64,000 nt of DNA from assembly GCA_964234715.1 (NCBI GenBank), contig OZ174286.1; one strand, written 5' to 3'. The DNA comes from Podarcis melisellensis (taxonomy: Eukaryota). Made by a program: the position numbers and the translations under genes. A model generated the notes under the pieces. It was not told the DNA's origin. It ran no database searches and was given only the letters and a program-made list of their open reading frames with translations. Positions 1 through 12,488 of the stretch are shown one piece after another. Positions within the stretch are counted from its first letter, which is position 1, and each line of letters begins with the position of its first letter.

Positions 1-2365
1 ATGCTAGATGAACAAGTCTTCCATAAGAGAAGGTGTGGTGGGTTCTGGGGGAAACTGATTTTGAACACTGTGGACCAGTTTCAGGGTAGTCAATGCGGTA
101 CTCACCATATTTTTTAGACTACAACTCCCATCAGCCTCAGCCAGCATGACCAATGGCCACGGGTGATGAGAGTCAAAGTTCAACAATATCTGGAAGGCAC
201 CAACTTTGGCTGTCCCTGACCTAGTGTCAGGTAGGTAGCTGTGTTATTCTGATGCAGTCAAAATAAATAATATATATTTTTTTAAAATGTCCAGTAGCAT
301 CTTAGAGAACTGACCTAGTGTGTACTTGTCTTTTCTGTTGTCATAAACACTGTAAGAGGGAAACACTTCTTAAGCACTTTGGGAGGGAGGAATTCAGTAC
401 AGCACAAAATGTGCAATTCTTTTTCTTAGAAAAATGATTATTTTCACTATCGTTATCCCAGTACCCAGAGATATGAGATGGGGAAGATGGATTCCATCTG
501 GATCCTGAACCACAATTTTGCTACTACTACTCTAGTATCTATTCTGCTCTTGTAGCAATTGTCCCTGACTCTGAACGCCTTCACCCCCAATTTCTGGAAC
601 TAATGTTGCAATCTTTCTTTGGCTCAAAGTTAAGGGTGGCCTTGGGGGGGGGGGCGTTAATTCTCAGGAATCCCAAGCAGGGTGATTTTGCTCACAAAAT
701 ACTTACACTGATGGAAGGGCATTATGACGTGCTTGTTTTTTGATTCCCCTCAAGTCCCCTACACCCCTTGAAAATTTGCCCAAGCTTATTGGAGATCTTC
801 CAGAATAGAATGAGAAGTCGTGGAGGAGGGCTGTGGAAGGAAAGAAAAAAGGTGAAGAAAAATAATCTCACCCCCTTTCATCAGCTGGAGCATCTGTTGC
901 ATGAGAGGCTTTGACTAGCATTGGATACAACCCCCAGGTTGTTGTTTTTTTATACAATTCAAAATGAGTTCTAGAGAGTTCACTAAAATATGTTATTTGT
1001 ATTTAAAGGATTCTTGCAAAGTTTCCTATTAGATTTTACCCATTTTTCTTTGTTTATGAGTTTTTTTTTACTTGCTCTCCACCATAAGGCCCCAGGGCAG
1101 GTTACAGCAATACAGTATAGTATACAGATATAAGAAACAGGTAAAATAGTGACAATTATAAAAATAAGAAAAGCTGTTCTAATCAGAATACAACAGTACA
1201 ATGGTAATTATAGAATGCATTTATCCACTCTGATTTTTTTTTAATTCCTTCCCTCAGCTGTTTTTGCTTTCCTCATGGTACATATTTATTTTCTGAAATG
1301 CATGATCTATTCACAAATATTCATGTGGGTTTCCATGTGGACAGCAGTCAGCACACTGGAACACACTTTCTTGATTTCCATCTACAAAACATTTGAATAT
1401 TTACATGCCTTAGCAAAAATAGATTTTCTTAAAATGTAAAAATGTGTCTAAATAATTTGCAGGGTCTACTTTTTTCCTAGCCTGCAAATTGCAGATTAAC
1501 TTCAATTGATTTAAAACACAGTGGATGATAAGAGGGCCAGAAAGGAGTGCCTAACATTAGCAGTGTACACAGAGAAGCCAGCTATAAAGGCAACACAATC
1601 TTCCCTTGCTGTACTCTAAGCTCTGTCAGACATTACCAGCTCCAGACCTGAAATCAAGAACCGATCATATATATTGATTATGCCAACATATAGCAGTATT
1701 TACTTTGGATTCAAGCACAATCTGTTTTCCACACTTCTGTTTATTAGCTTGAAAAGTGCTTAGAGCTCTAGAATAATTTACAACTCCCTCCCTGAACTTA
1801 AATAAAAATAGTGTAGAAACCTCCTTCCATAAACACTTCCGAATATCAAGGTGATTGTGTTGTCCTCTTGCACCAAAAAGCGGAAGTTTCTTTTTGTGTC
1901 GCTTCTTGGTTGGTGGCAGCAAGGTACAGATTCAAAGGGCAACAGTAATCAAAGAAACAGACCGATTTTCAGGCACACAGTCATTAGGTGACCATTTCAC
2001 AGTCAGCACAAACAACAGCACAAGCATGCTCTGTGTTCCTTCCTTTTGATTCACATCCAATTTTGCCAAAGTCAGGGTTCCCCAATGAAGTTAAGTACCA
2101 GTAGCAGAGCCACTGCCAACCAGTACTAGGGGTGCCATATGTCTGGAATTTCTCGGACATACCCGGAATACTGTGGTCAGAAGCAGTGTCTGGATGTGTT
2201 ATTTTTGCCAATTGCCCTTAAAAATATCTCTAAAATGTCTTTTTTTTGCTCAACAACTTTTCCGTCCGGTGGGCTATGTAGACCAATAGACTGACTGAAG
2301 TTGTATTTACACCATACAATTAAAGCTACAATCGTAGCTTTCCCCATAGAATCCTGGGAGCTATA

Positions 2366-2607
2366 CAATGGTACCTCGGGTTACATACGCTTCAGGTTAC
2401 ATACGCTTCAGGTTACAGACTCTGCTAACCCAGAAATAGTGCTTCAGGTTAAGAACTTTGCTTCAGGATGAGAACAGAAATCATGCTCCTGCGGCACGGC
2501 GGCAGCAGGAGGCCCTATTAGCTAAAGTGGTGTTTCAGGTTAAGAACAGTTTCAGGTTAAGAACGGACCTCCGGAACAAATTAAGTACTTAACCCGAGAT
2601 ACCACTG
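2366..2607 (+). mobile_element. Tc1/mariner-superfamily (Tigger/pogo-like) MITE, copy 1
   Basis: TIRs CAATGGTACCTCGGGTTA / TAACCCGAGATACCACTG with TA on both sides; highly similar to three other copies in the window. Confidence 0.88.
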
Positions 2608-2688
2608 TAGTTTGTTAAGGCTGCTGAAAAGTGTTAGGAGGTGCTTATTCCTGTCACAGAGCTATCATTTCCAGAATTGTCTGGGAAG

Positions 2689-3422
2689 TCCGGTCCACTT
2701 CCCTGTGGGGCAGAGTTGCAGACAGACTGCGTGGCCTCTCACACGCAGTGGGGGCTGAGCTTAGCCCCTGCATCATTGGAGATCCCTTGGCTGCGTCACG
2801 GACTCCGGCCAGCCAATCCAGGTGATTCAAGCTGCTGCACAGCTGAGAGATCTCCCTTGTTTGTCTGGCTTCTGCAGATCTCCCACCCACCCTCCCTCTT
2901 TTCATGTGTCCTCTTTCTTGGCCTTGCTATGGACCTCGGTTGGTCGCCGTTGAGGGGCCCGGTAGGCATTTTTCCACTTGGCAAAGTGGCACTCGCCATT
3001 TGGTTTTCGCCTACCTCATAGCAATCATCACAAATTTTGTAAGGTTTGGCAGTTGGGCATTGGTAAAACCTTGTTTGGGGGAGGACAGGTGTGGCCATTC
3101 CGTTAAAGGGTATTCCGTTAAAGGAATTTGGGTGCCGTGGTTCCTGTCCGAAGCCTGGGTGGTGGCTAGGGCCATGGCACGACCTTGCCAGCGACCCTGG
3201 GGGAGCTCTAGTTGATGTTCATCAGCAGGGCTCCCCCTGTTTCTCCCTGCATGGTGGGCAGGAGTCACATATAGTCGGTTCAATTCCAAAGCCTAGGCCA
3301 ATACCACTCACATTCCGTAACCAATAAAGTTGTCGCCTAAATTTGCCAATTGAACCTAAAATACTGAGTCCCGGTATATTTTTCAACATGGGGGGGGGGG
3401 AGGCCTCGGTGTCTTGACACAC
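2689..3422 (+). mobile_element. Non-coding retroelement terminal-repeat-like insertion (possibly DIRS/Ngaro-type, or a truncated LTR)
   Basis: 734-bp GC-richer insert splitting the host at CTGGGAAG/AAGAGGG with only AAG shared at the junctions. AATAAA at about 3323, internal repeat ATTCCGTTAAAGG x2, no 4-6 bp TSD. Confidence 0.45.
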
Positions 3423-3455
3423 AAGAGGGATTGATTGTTCAACCATTCTGTGAAG

Positions 3456-3638
3456 CAGAGGTGCCAGCTTCTCCAGAGGAGTGTGTGTGTGTGTGTGTGT
3501 GTGTGTTCAATGTTCCACGGTATCCTGATGTCTCATGCATGACATCCTCTAAAAATTGAGGGTGCCCAGCCCCCTCACAAAAATATATATATTCAGAGGG
3601 CTTAAGCTGCTTTGGCCTCCTAGGAGTCGGCACCCCTA
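3456..3638. mobile_element. hAT-like MITE
   Basis: Termini CAGAGGTGCCAGC / GTCGGCACCCCTA; degenerate 8-bp TSD CTGTGAAG / CTATGAAC; contains (TG)n. Confidence 0.6.
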
Positions 3639-3692
3639 CTATGAACTGTAGCTCTGGGAGGGAAATAGGGGTTTCCTGACAACTCTCAGCAC

Positions 3693-4248
3693 CAGGGCTG
3701 ACCTACCCATGACAGCTGAGGCAGGTGGTTTGGGTAGCAAGAGCTCCAAAGGTGGTGGTGTTGTGGGTGCCCTGCTGCCTCTGCCACCGGCGACTTCCAG
3801 TGAGATCTTGCTGAAATCTCACGGGAGCTCCATGAGTTTTCACAAGAGCTTGCAAGATCTGGCCAGAACCCACCACTGCTGCTTTGCAGGCACCACCATG
3901 CCATCTGGGTAAGGGAAGCTTTGGCGACTGTGGGGCGGCACCTACCGTATTTTTTGCTCTATAAGACGCACCAGACCACAAGACGCACCTAGTTTTTGGA
4001 GGAGGAAAACAAGAAAAAAAAATATTCTGAATCTCAGAAGCCAAAACAGCAAGAGGGATTGCTGTGCAGTGAAAGCAGCAATCCCTCTTGCTGTTCTGGC
4101 TTCTGTGATAGCTGTGCAGCCTGCATTCGCTCCATAAGACGCACACACATTTCCCCTTACTATTTAGGAGGGGAAAAGTGAGACTTATAGAGCAAAAAAT
4201 AAGGTACTTGTTTCAGCTCAGGTGGAGAAACGTGACATACAGCCCTTG
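3693..4248. mobile_element. hAT-like non-autonomous element containing a nested MITE
   Basis: Termini CAGGGCTG / CAGCCCTTG; degenerate 8-bp TSD CTCAGCAC / TCCAGCAC. Confidence 0.6.
3945..4204. mobile_element. Tc1/mariner-superfamily (Tc2/pogo-like) MITE
   Basis: TIRs CCGTATTTTTTGCTCTATAAGAC / GACTTATAGAGCAAAAAATAAGG, TA flanks, and an internal 30-bp-arm hairpin. Confidence 0.85.
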
Positions 4249-4953
4249 TCCAGCACCCTTAACAAACTACAGAATTCTTTGGAGGAAGCCAATGTGGTAT
4301 CATCGGAATATGTAGCAACTTGCTGTGTCCCTTCCTAAAATGCTTTGCATAATCTGAGTGACTGTTGACATGGGGGCTTCAGCACATTCCAGGCAAAGTC
4401 TAAATCCGCTCTCGCCACCGTATTTGGTGTCACCACAGTGCCACAAGACTGAGAGCAAACAAAGACTTTGTGCGGATAAGGGTTAAAGAAGAAATCCTGA
4501 CATGACTTCCTTACATGAATAAAGCAAAGAAAGATTTAGCAACCGTGTGCCAGTGGGGGATTTTAAAGCTGGATTGTTTGTAGCACATCCCATTTCGGTG
4601 CTTTGCTACTGTTTTGTCTAATGAATGGTTTTGCTTAAAACCGCCTCAATTATCTGGAGAGAGTTTATGCATTTCCAGTCCTAAGCAAAACCAGTGTTGA
4701 TAAGGCCAGAGCGGTTCCTGGTGCATCAAACACGATAAATCAAAAATCTGAAACAAATCAACACAACCCGCACATCTGCTGGGGTATGGCCATACGGAGC
4801 AAATAAAGGCACAAACTCAATTTGGAAAGAAGAACAAATTCCTTCGCAAACCACTTCTTATATTGTTTAACTATCTCATGCATCTTGTTTACACATGGTT
4901 ATTTTGGGAGTAAAAAGCAGGGTCTTCATGTTTATTGCTCATGTGAATGACAG

Positions 4954-5010
4954 AACATTCGATTTGCGTCTCCGTCGTGGGAGAGGCTCTGAGACTGAAT
5001 GACTGTGCTG
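4954..5010 (+). CDS. Candidate exon of an unidentified host gene ((E)HSICVSVVGEALRLNDCA); may instead start at ATG 4947
   Basis: Strong donor CTG|GTAAGG at 5010/5011 but weak acceptor (ATGACAG|). Its phase-1 end fits the exon candidate starting at 10420. Confidence 0.25.
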
Positions 5011-5809
5011 GTAAGGAGAGAGGTAGAAGGTTGTTATATCGTTATAGAAAGATGTTTGCATGAAATACAGGAAACGACTTGATTGGCATTTCATGAAACC
5101 AAGCAGCCGCCATCCTGGAATGTAAACTTTAATTTGCTAATTGCATTCAAATCATTTTATACCTATTGTGGCAGATTTTCAAATGTTGCATTTGAAATGT
5201 AACTTAGGCCTGCTTGACTTACAACTTGACAAGCCAAGGATACCCCATCAGCCCCACGCTGGAAGCTTCCTCCACCCCCTAAGTCTCCAAGGACCTTGTA
5301 AAACCACTGTTTTTCTTCCCACCCCTCTTCTTTCATGGGGAAGGGGCAAAAAGACCACCCAAAACTGAGATGGGGCTGGGAGAGATTTCTGAGAATTGGG
5401 GGGCAACGGGCTTGGTTTAATTTACTTTGCAGTCAAGAAATCACCATGAAAATGATGCTCCATAGCATTAATATCGTGATCTGGTGCATGAAGAGTAACC
5501 CAGCTGGCAAGAGTATACAAGGTTCTGGAGTTGAGGGAGCCTTGCTGGTTGTAATAAGTAGCCAACAAGGGTGTGTGGGGTTTTTTTTAAGTGTTAGTGA
5601 AAAAACAGGACCCTTCATGGGCCAACTGTCAGAAGGTAGTTTCCCCCACCCTGAGATTTTGTGTACAATTGTGTACAATTGAAGCAACACATATGGGCAT
5701 TTTAGATGTTGATGGACTACAACTCCCATCATCCCTGGCCATTGGCCATGCTGGCAGGGGTTAAAGGGGGCTGGAGTCCAACAGCATCTTGAGGGCCATA
5801 GGTTCCCTG

Positions 5810-5952
5810 CCCCCTGGACTATATTGACTAGCAGTGGCTCTCCAGGAATTCATATGGGATCTCTCGCACCCCTGCCTGGATATGCTGGGGACTGAACCTG
5901 GGACCTTCTGCGTGCAAGACAGATGTTCTACCATTCAGCTACAGCCATTCCC
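5810..5952 (-). mobile_element. tRNA-derived SINE (same family as 7110-7262, 31140-31316, 50082-50262)
   Basis: On the minus strand: tRNA-like head GCTGTAGCTGAATGGTAGAACATCTG...GGTCCCAGGTTCAGTCCCC with A and B boxes. Confidence 0.65.
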
Positions 5953-7990
5953 GACTTGAAATGGGCTAGTCATGGTGACTTGTGTAAGTAACCAAGGGAC
6001 CTGTATCATGCCATTTGCAGCTTTTGACATTTTAGCAACGGAAGTGGGGGTGCCATTTGGGATTGCTTTCTTATACACCCAATTGTATGTTTTCTGTCCT
6101 TTTCCTAAATAAACCTTCTTTAAGAATTCTACTGTCAGGGACTGGCCAGAACTGGAGGAAGCAGTTAGGCATTTAGCCATTGAGCTTGTGACATCTACTG
6201 AGTTTTGTTTTGGGAAGTCAGTAGCCTAAGACCTCAGAAAAATCTATTATTATCTACCAATATCTATGTATTTTTTCCTAAGCTCCTTGATATAATCATC
6301 TGTAGGCGTATATTATAAAGCAATACTTTTATTGAGTTTTCTTCAATTACACAAACAATGAAACTGGAGAACAGTTCCAGGGAAGCAGTGTCACATATCA
6401 CGTAATACACACCGTTGTTAAACAAATGAAAGATAAAAGAAATACAATAAAAATACAGCTAAAGAACAAGAGGCCAGGATATTATCATAAGTTTTGAATT
6501 TCCATGGATCGATGTAGATTGTTACTATTGATGTATGAAATGAAGTTCCACCAAATTGCTTAAAAGGCCTGTGGTGACTCTTTACCTTTGCATGACTCTC
6601 ATATTATGCACAATCATCTCAGATGTAGCAATGCCCCATGTTTTTGTATCATAAGGAAAGCTTCAAATCTTCCAATTTTTTTTGCTAAATATAAAGTCTT
6701 GCAATGGTCAACAACAACAACAACAACAACAACAAACAAAAGTTCCTTGTCTTTAAGACCCGCACTTATATTCTCAAATAAAGATAAAAATGGCAACTGT
6801 GGTCTTTTAAAATGTCAATAATGACCTTGTATATCTTAGTCCAGACCTCTTTGACTAGTGGACACTTCCATCGCAGGTGCTAATAAATACCCTGCACTGT
6901 AAATTATGAAGTTGGAAAGCATACTTTTAGGGAAGCCCCATTCTTAAGTTATATATTATCCTGCCATTTTAAAGCTATCCCCAGAGTTGGTTTGAGGTCC
7001 ATATCCTATCAATTTTTCAGGTATGCACCACTAAAAATGTGTGAAGGCTGCACAATGCAAGTGTACAAGTCAGAGAACTGGGACTGGATGCAGCTCTTTG
7101 TCGAGCAGATACTTGGGAACATGGGGAGTGGCCTTATACTGAGTCAGAACATTACTCCTTCTGTCTCAGTGGCAATGGCTTCCCAGAGTTTCAGACAGGA
7201 GTCCTAACCTGGGGAATGAACCTGCAACTTTCTGCATCCAAAGCAGTTGCTCTTCCCCCGAGCAATTTTTATCCATAATGACATTATACAGTGATCCTAA
7301 GGATGGGGAAGATGTTGGTCCCATGGCAGCCCTTCGTTCATGGCTGAGAGAAGAATAAGGAAGTAAATAGAAATAGATTCTACCACATCTTTTATCAGAA
7401 ACCTTATTATCCGACACCCTATTCCACCATTCACTATATTTCTCTCATATTGATTGCCGTTATCCTCTGACTGCTGCTGAAAGCCATTTCTCTCTCTTAG
7501 GTTTGTAAACTATTGCGCCACATCAGGACCCGTCCTTAGCCAGCTGTCAGAAGATGGCTCCCCAGCAGCTACCGGGACTTTGCGTAGGATAGAAGCAACA
7601 CATATGTGCAGCTTCCAGCAGCTCAGCAACTAAGGATTGCAGATTTGTGAATTTGCAACTGTTTGCTCTGCACAGCCACCAGCTGCACACTTAACAGCTT
7701 ATCTCCTTGTCAGCAAAGCAAAAGAAAAACGAACAGAGTAGAGAAATGACTCACACCATTCCTACGAGGATTTGTTTGTTTTGAAGCCACTGCATTGTCT
7801 GGTAGCAGAGGTTTACTTGAAGCTAGAATAAGCCACCATTGAATTTGCTCGAGGCCTTTCCAGAGGGCCACTTCATAAGTATCATGTGAACATTTGTTGC
7901 TCATTTGTTGCAATGGAGCTCTTTGTTTTTTCCGAAGGAATCAGTTCTGTTTCAGGTCACACTGCACCTTTCAAGCACTACAACTACAGT

Positions 7991-8363
7991 ACATACCCTC
8001 CAACATTTCTCCGATGAAAATACGGACAGCCTATTTCATCATCATCATCATCATCATCCTCATTTTATTATTAATACCCCACCCCAGCCATTCTGTGCAG
8101 CTTCCAACATATATAGAAACATAATAAAACATAAAGCATTAAAAAAACTTCCCTATACAGAGTTGCCTTCAGATGTCTTCTAAAAGTTGTATAGAGTTAC
8201 TTACTGAATCTCCTTGGCTCAGGGGTCACAGAATTCCATATCCTCCAACATTTCTCCGATGAAAATAGGAACATCCTAAGGAAAAGAGGGACATTCTGGG
8301 ATCACATCAGAAACTGGGACGACTTCAGGAAATCTGAAAATAGGAGAAACTTGGAGGGCCTGC
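7991..8363. mobile_element. Non-autonomous DNA transposon with an internal duplication
   Basis: Termini CATACCCTCCAA / TTGGAGGGCCTG; the block CCTCCAACATTTCTCCGATGAAAATA occurs twice (about 7996 and 8242). No clear TSD. Confidence 0.45.
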
Positions 8364-8693
8364 AACTAGCAAGTGTTGTCTGCAAGGAAACTGTGATTAA
8401 TTCTGTAGCTAGCAAGGCCATCAACTGATCATATTAACTGGAGACGCCAATTGAAATTGGAACATTCTGTATGGGCCATCTTGTCAATGACATGCTATCG
8501 GTGGTGCAGTTAGGTGGTTTAAACTTGGGACCTCATGGCCTTGCAGTTGCATGGAGGGGGGGTCTTTAGATGGTAATATATATTTCTTCACATACTTCAG
8601 AATGCAATACAGCAGCCCTCCTGGCTCTGGGGGCATTGCTACACAGTGCTGAGTGGGGTTCTGGACTTCGACCCCAAAATCTTGCTCAGAGGG

Positions 8694-9028
8694 CAGGGAT
8701 GGGGAAGAGATTTGATTCTTTCTGCATTTTAATGGGAAATGACCTAATTTGTACTTCTCAATCTAATATGCAAACCCAAACACAGCAACTTCTCAGAATT
8801 GCACAATGCAGTTCTCCAGCCAAGTAATGCGTACCAGTATGCGCACAATAAGGGAATGTGCATTTTCATCAGCACTATATTCAACAATATTATGAGAAAC
8901 TTGCACTAAAATACAGCTTTTTTAAAATAAAAAATTACAAGCTTCTGCAGAAATGTGGAGAACTCAATTTAAAATCGGGGGGGGGGGATAAAAACTTAAA
9001 CTGAAATGGACAGGTTCATCCATCCCTG
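8694..9028. mobile_element. Old non-autonomous DNA element (related copies at about 29250-29638 and 43248-43649)
   Basis: Termini AGGGATG...CATCCCT; shared blocks such as GATTCAGTTC..TTTAAAG and GAAATGTGGAGAACT among copies. Confidence 0.55.
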
Positions 9029-10419
9029 CCTAACAGCACCACTGTATGCTAGGCATACATACATGAGCATGTGAAGAGTTCACTGAGCATCAGCAAAGGT
9101 CTAAATCGGCATGAACAAAAAGTCCAAATGAAAGGTCTGAAAGAGAGGCAAAAGCCAACTGAAAAATGATGCTGATTTTTGACAGAGATGAAAACGAAAA
9201 GCAGGAAGGACTTTTGGCTCAACCCTTGCATTCACCCATATTTATTTGATTGAAGCATCTTTGAAAGGCTTTAGAAAGCCATTGTCTTGTCTCTCAGCTT
9301 CATTTTCTGAAGGGGGGTAGGAAATCCAGCTTGCTCATATTTTAATGCAGATTTAAGGTACTGCTTTCGATCACAATGAATTTGACTCTTAATTCCGCCT
9401 GCTAGGGATTGGTCAAATGAAATCGCTGGACCTCTCTCCCTGTTCAAGCTCAGAAGATTTGGATTTGGGAGCTCATTTCCGTATCTATTTGTGTTTTCCC
9501 ACTGGCTTGCGAGGAGGCTTGTTGCAGCATGTGGAGCTCATTTATTGCTTATATTCTCTTCCCTCTCTGCTCCAAAGGACGTTCAGCAGTGTATTAATTA
9601 GCTAGCACTCTAGCTCAGCAGTCTGCTACACTCACCTTGTGCACCGCTGGACTCCTGCTGAAGTCCCAAGCACCTCTTCTCCAGCCAGAGATGTATATTT
9701 CATGAGTGAATGGCATATAAACGTGCTCCATGCTACAAACTCCAGTTTCCAGGTGCTAATGCTGCCTGAAGAGCTTGTCAATCTCAATAAGTGTGTGCAT
9801 GCATGGGGAGAAAAGGAAAGAAATGGTGGGCAGAGGCTGGACCGAAGAACCATTTTGCCCACACAGTATATAAAAAAGGAAAGACTGCCATATTGGACCA
9901 GACTAAGGTCTATCTGGTCCAGTAGCAGCCATTCAGGTGCCACTAGAAGATCACAAGAGAGTGGTGGCTTTTCCCTGTTTGTCTTCAGCTAGGGTGGCCA
10001 TGATGTGACAATCCTCTTTTGGAAGGGCTGCCACAGAATAGACCTTATTAGAAAAGTTGTCTGGTTCAATTCAGGATAAAAGAACCATCAGACATCATGT
10101 CGTGTTCCAAAGTACAATGCCTCCTAAATTTTCTCCCCGCCTCTAAACTATAATTTTCTTGGCTATTCTCCGCCATTTTCCTATGGTGGCAGTTGCTATT
10201 TTACCCACAGATATACAAAATGGTGGCTGGGCTATCAACTCAGGAGCCTTCTGGGATAACAATAGTAACAATAGAGTTGTGCTTCTCCGAGTGAAGAGCC
10301 ACCTCCCCAATAAACTGTTATAGTATTCCTCTGCTGGATGACTCCTCTCAGTTCACCCCTCAAATAAGTTGGATAAGAGGCCATTCTTGCTTGCTCAGCT
10401 CTGGAGTTGTTAGTCATAG

Positions 10420-10609
10420 ACCTCCACCATGACGCACATAAAATGAAATGTGTGCCTGTCGTGCATACCATTGCTTATGTGGTCCCACTGAACACGATAC
10501 AGATTAAGTTCACCACAGAATGTGACCAGAGACAGAATGAGGTCTTTGCCTTGAACTGTCGTTTTGTCATTCTGTCTGCGCAGAATACAGTTCTGGGAGA
10601 ATTTTTAAG
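10420..10609 (+). CDS. Candidate coding exon (...NTVLGEFLR); may be only the 26-nt piece 10584-10609
   Basis: Open frame with donor AAG|GTAACG. Acceptors TAGTCATAG| (10419) or the stronger TTTTGTCATTCTGTCTGCGCAG| (10583). Phase-2 end joins 21424 in frame. Confidence 0.4.
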
Positions 10610-12488
10610 GTAACGTTGTTTTAAGGAATGTTACAGCTGGACTAATTTTGCTTTCCTCAGTAAGAATGGCCATGTGTTGGAGGGAAAACGTCAGGCTACA
10701 AAATTGTATCCATCCACCAATTTTATTTTATTTTAGAAGAAGTCATGGCTGGAATAAGCAATAGGCATTTATTGCCGGAGGCTGTTGCAACAGAGCAAAA
10801 TGTATAAAATAATACAAGCCTCAGGGTGGGGGGGAGACATAGGAATAAATCAAAACCCATATGTTTATGTATTCATCATTATCCTTGCTTTCTTCTTCTT
10901 CAGAAATCCTGTACTTTATGCATTTTGCTGGGTAGTTTTAGCCTATAGTGATCAACAACAAATTGTGATCGCCTGACTAACACAAAAAGAAAATGCATAA
11001 GAGACTTCCCATTTTGGTAACGCCAAAAGTGACGGATTGCTTTGTTTACTTATGTGTTTTCTCTGGCTCCTGTCCCTTCCATCTGGTGGGCCCCCTCTTA
11101 TATTCAGAGGCCAGGGGTTGATTTGGTAATATGGTGCCCTGAGCGAAGACAAAATTTGGCACCCCCTAAATATTCTTTATTTTCATGCTCTCCTCCTTCT
11201 TGCCTTCCATTCTGTGCCTCCTCTGCTTGCCATACCCTCAGTTCAGTGCCCTGAAATGCCCTCACTCCCCCTGAAGCCATCATTGCTGAGGCCCTCTCAT
11301 GCTTACCTTCTTCTTAAGGAGGGGTAGTAGCAGTCCAAGACTGACTGGGAGTTGTCATTTTCATTTACCACAATGCCCTTGTGTCATTACATAACTCTGG
11401 GGCATTGGAGAAAAGACAGTGGGGTTGGTTTTTTTGCATAACTAGCTGCCTGGTGTGGAGGGCCTGGGGCAGATCTCAATTCTGGTAGAGCCCCAGCACC
11501 TGCCCTGTGATGCCAGCTGCTGAGGCAAGACCTGCTTTTGCCTTCTGCAGCTCAATTTTGCTCAACTCTGAAAGGGAAACTCACTTTTTGATAATCTACT
11601 GACCTGAACCCAGCCATTCCAAACATATTTACCAACAACAAGCCCTGTTTTCTGGATCATGACCCGCTCCCCTATGAGTAGGGTTGGGGGAGAATTATGC
11701 AGTGATACCGAGCTCTGCAACAGCAAAACCCTGCATGGATAAACTTTTCTCTGGTTTATATCTTTCAATATACATCTCTGTGCATGTGAGGGCTGGGTGG
11801 GAGGTTTGTTTTTCTAACTCACACATGCTGGTCGGTTTTTCTTTGGCTTTAGAAAACCTAGGCACTGATTCCCCCAAGTCTGTTTACAAAGATGCTCCAG
11901 GTCTAGCAGCAAGTCCCCTTTGGCTCTCCTCCTGAAGCAGTTTGCGTGCCAGGTGTTCACTTCACATCCTCAGCCATACTGGAATACATTAATGCAAACA
12001 CTACATCAAAACATAGCCAAATTAATGATCAGTGCCAGGATGTACAGACCAAACTCCTTATTACTGGCTGCACCGAGACGTTTGTGCTTTGTGTCTGTTA
12101 TCTCGCTTTCCAGATTATTAGAGAATCAGATACCAATAGCTAATTAGCTGCTTTAATTATTGGTTGGTGTTTGCATAAATTATGCTGAGATGCCCAAGTC
12201 TGTCTTGCTTTACTCAACATAATATGTCAGGAGGATGCTCCGGGTTGTAAGATAATGAGATAACTGAAGCTGTGTTCTCTCTACACTTCATTACTGCAGG
12301 CTTCAGCCCAAAGAGGCTCCTGGCATTGGAGAATTTATCCCCAGTTTAACACAAGCCAATTGAAGCCTGCAACAACTGTTCATCCCTCCCTGACCCTTTT
12401 ACTGCTCTTGCTTAGCAAGTGGTTTTCTAGAGGGAAATGGGGGATAACTGTGTGGATGGGATTCTTCCTGAAGAATACTCATGTCTCC

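Larger units (their letters stand above)
2300..4319. mobile_element. Palindromic non-autonomous DNA element (PIF/Harbinger-like, tentative) interrupted by five nested insertions
   Basis: Segments GAATCCTGGGAGC..TAGTTTGTTAAGG, GAGCTATCATTTCCAGA..CTGGGAAG/AAGAGGGATTG, AACTGTAGCTCTG..CAACTCTCAGCAC and CCTTAACAAACTACAG reassemble collinearly with the uninterrupted copy at 55972-56285. Confidence 0.7.

Noticed and set aside
7501-7583. Possible exon (FVNYCATSGPVLSQLSEDGSPAATGTL) after the good acceptor TCTCTCTTAG
   Set aside because: Donor is weak (TGC|GTAGGA) and I found no phase-2 upstream partner. It could be an alternative to 4954-5010 but is unsupported.
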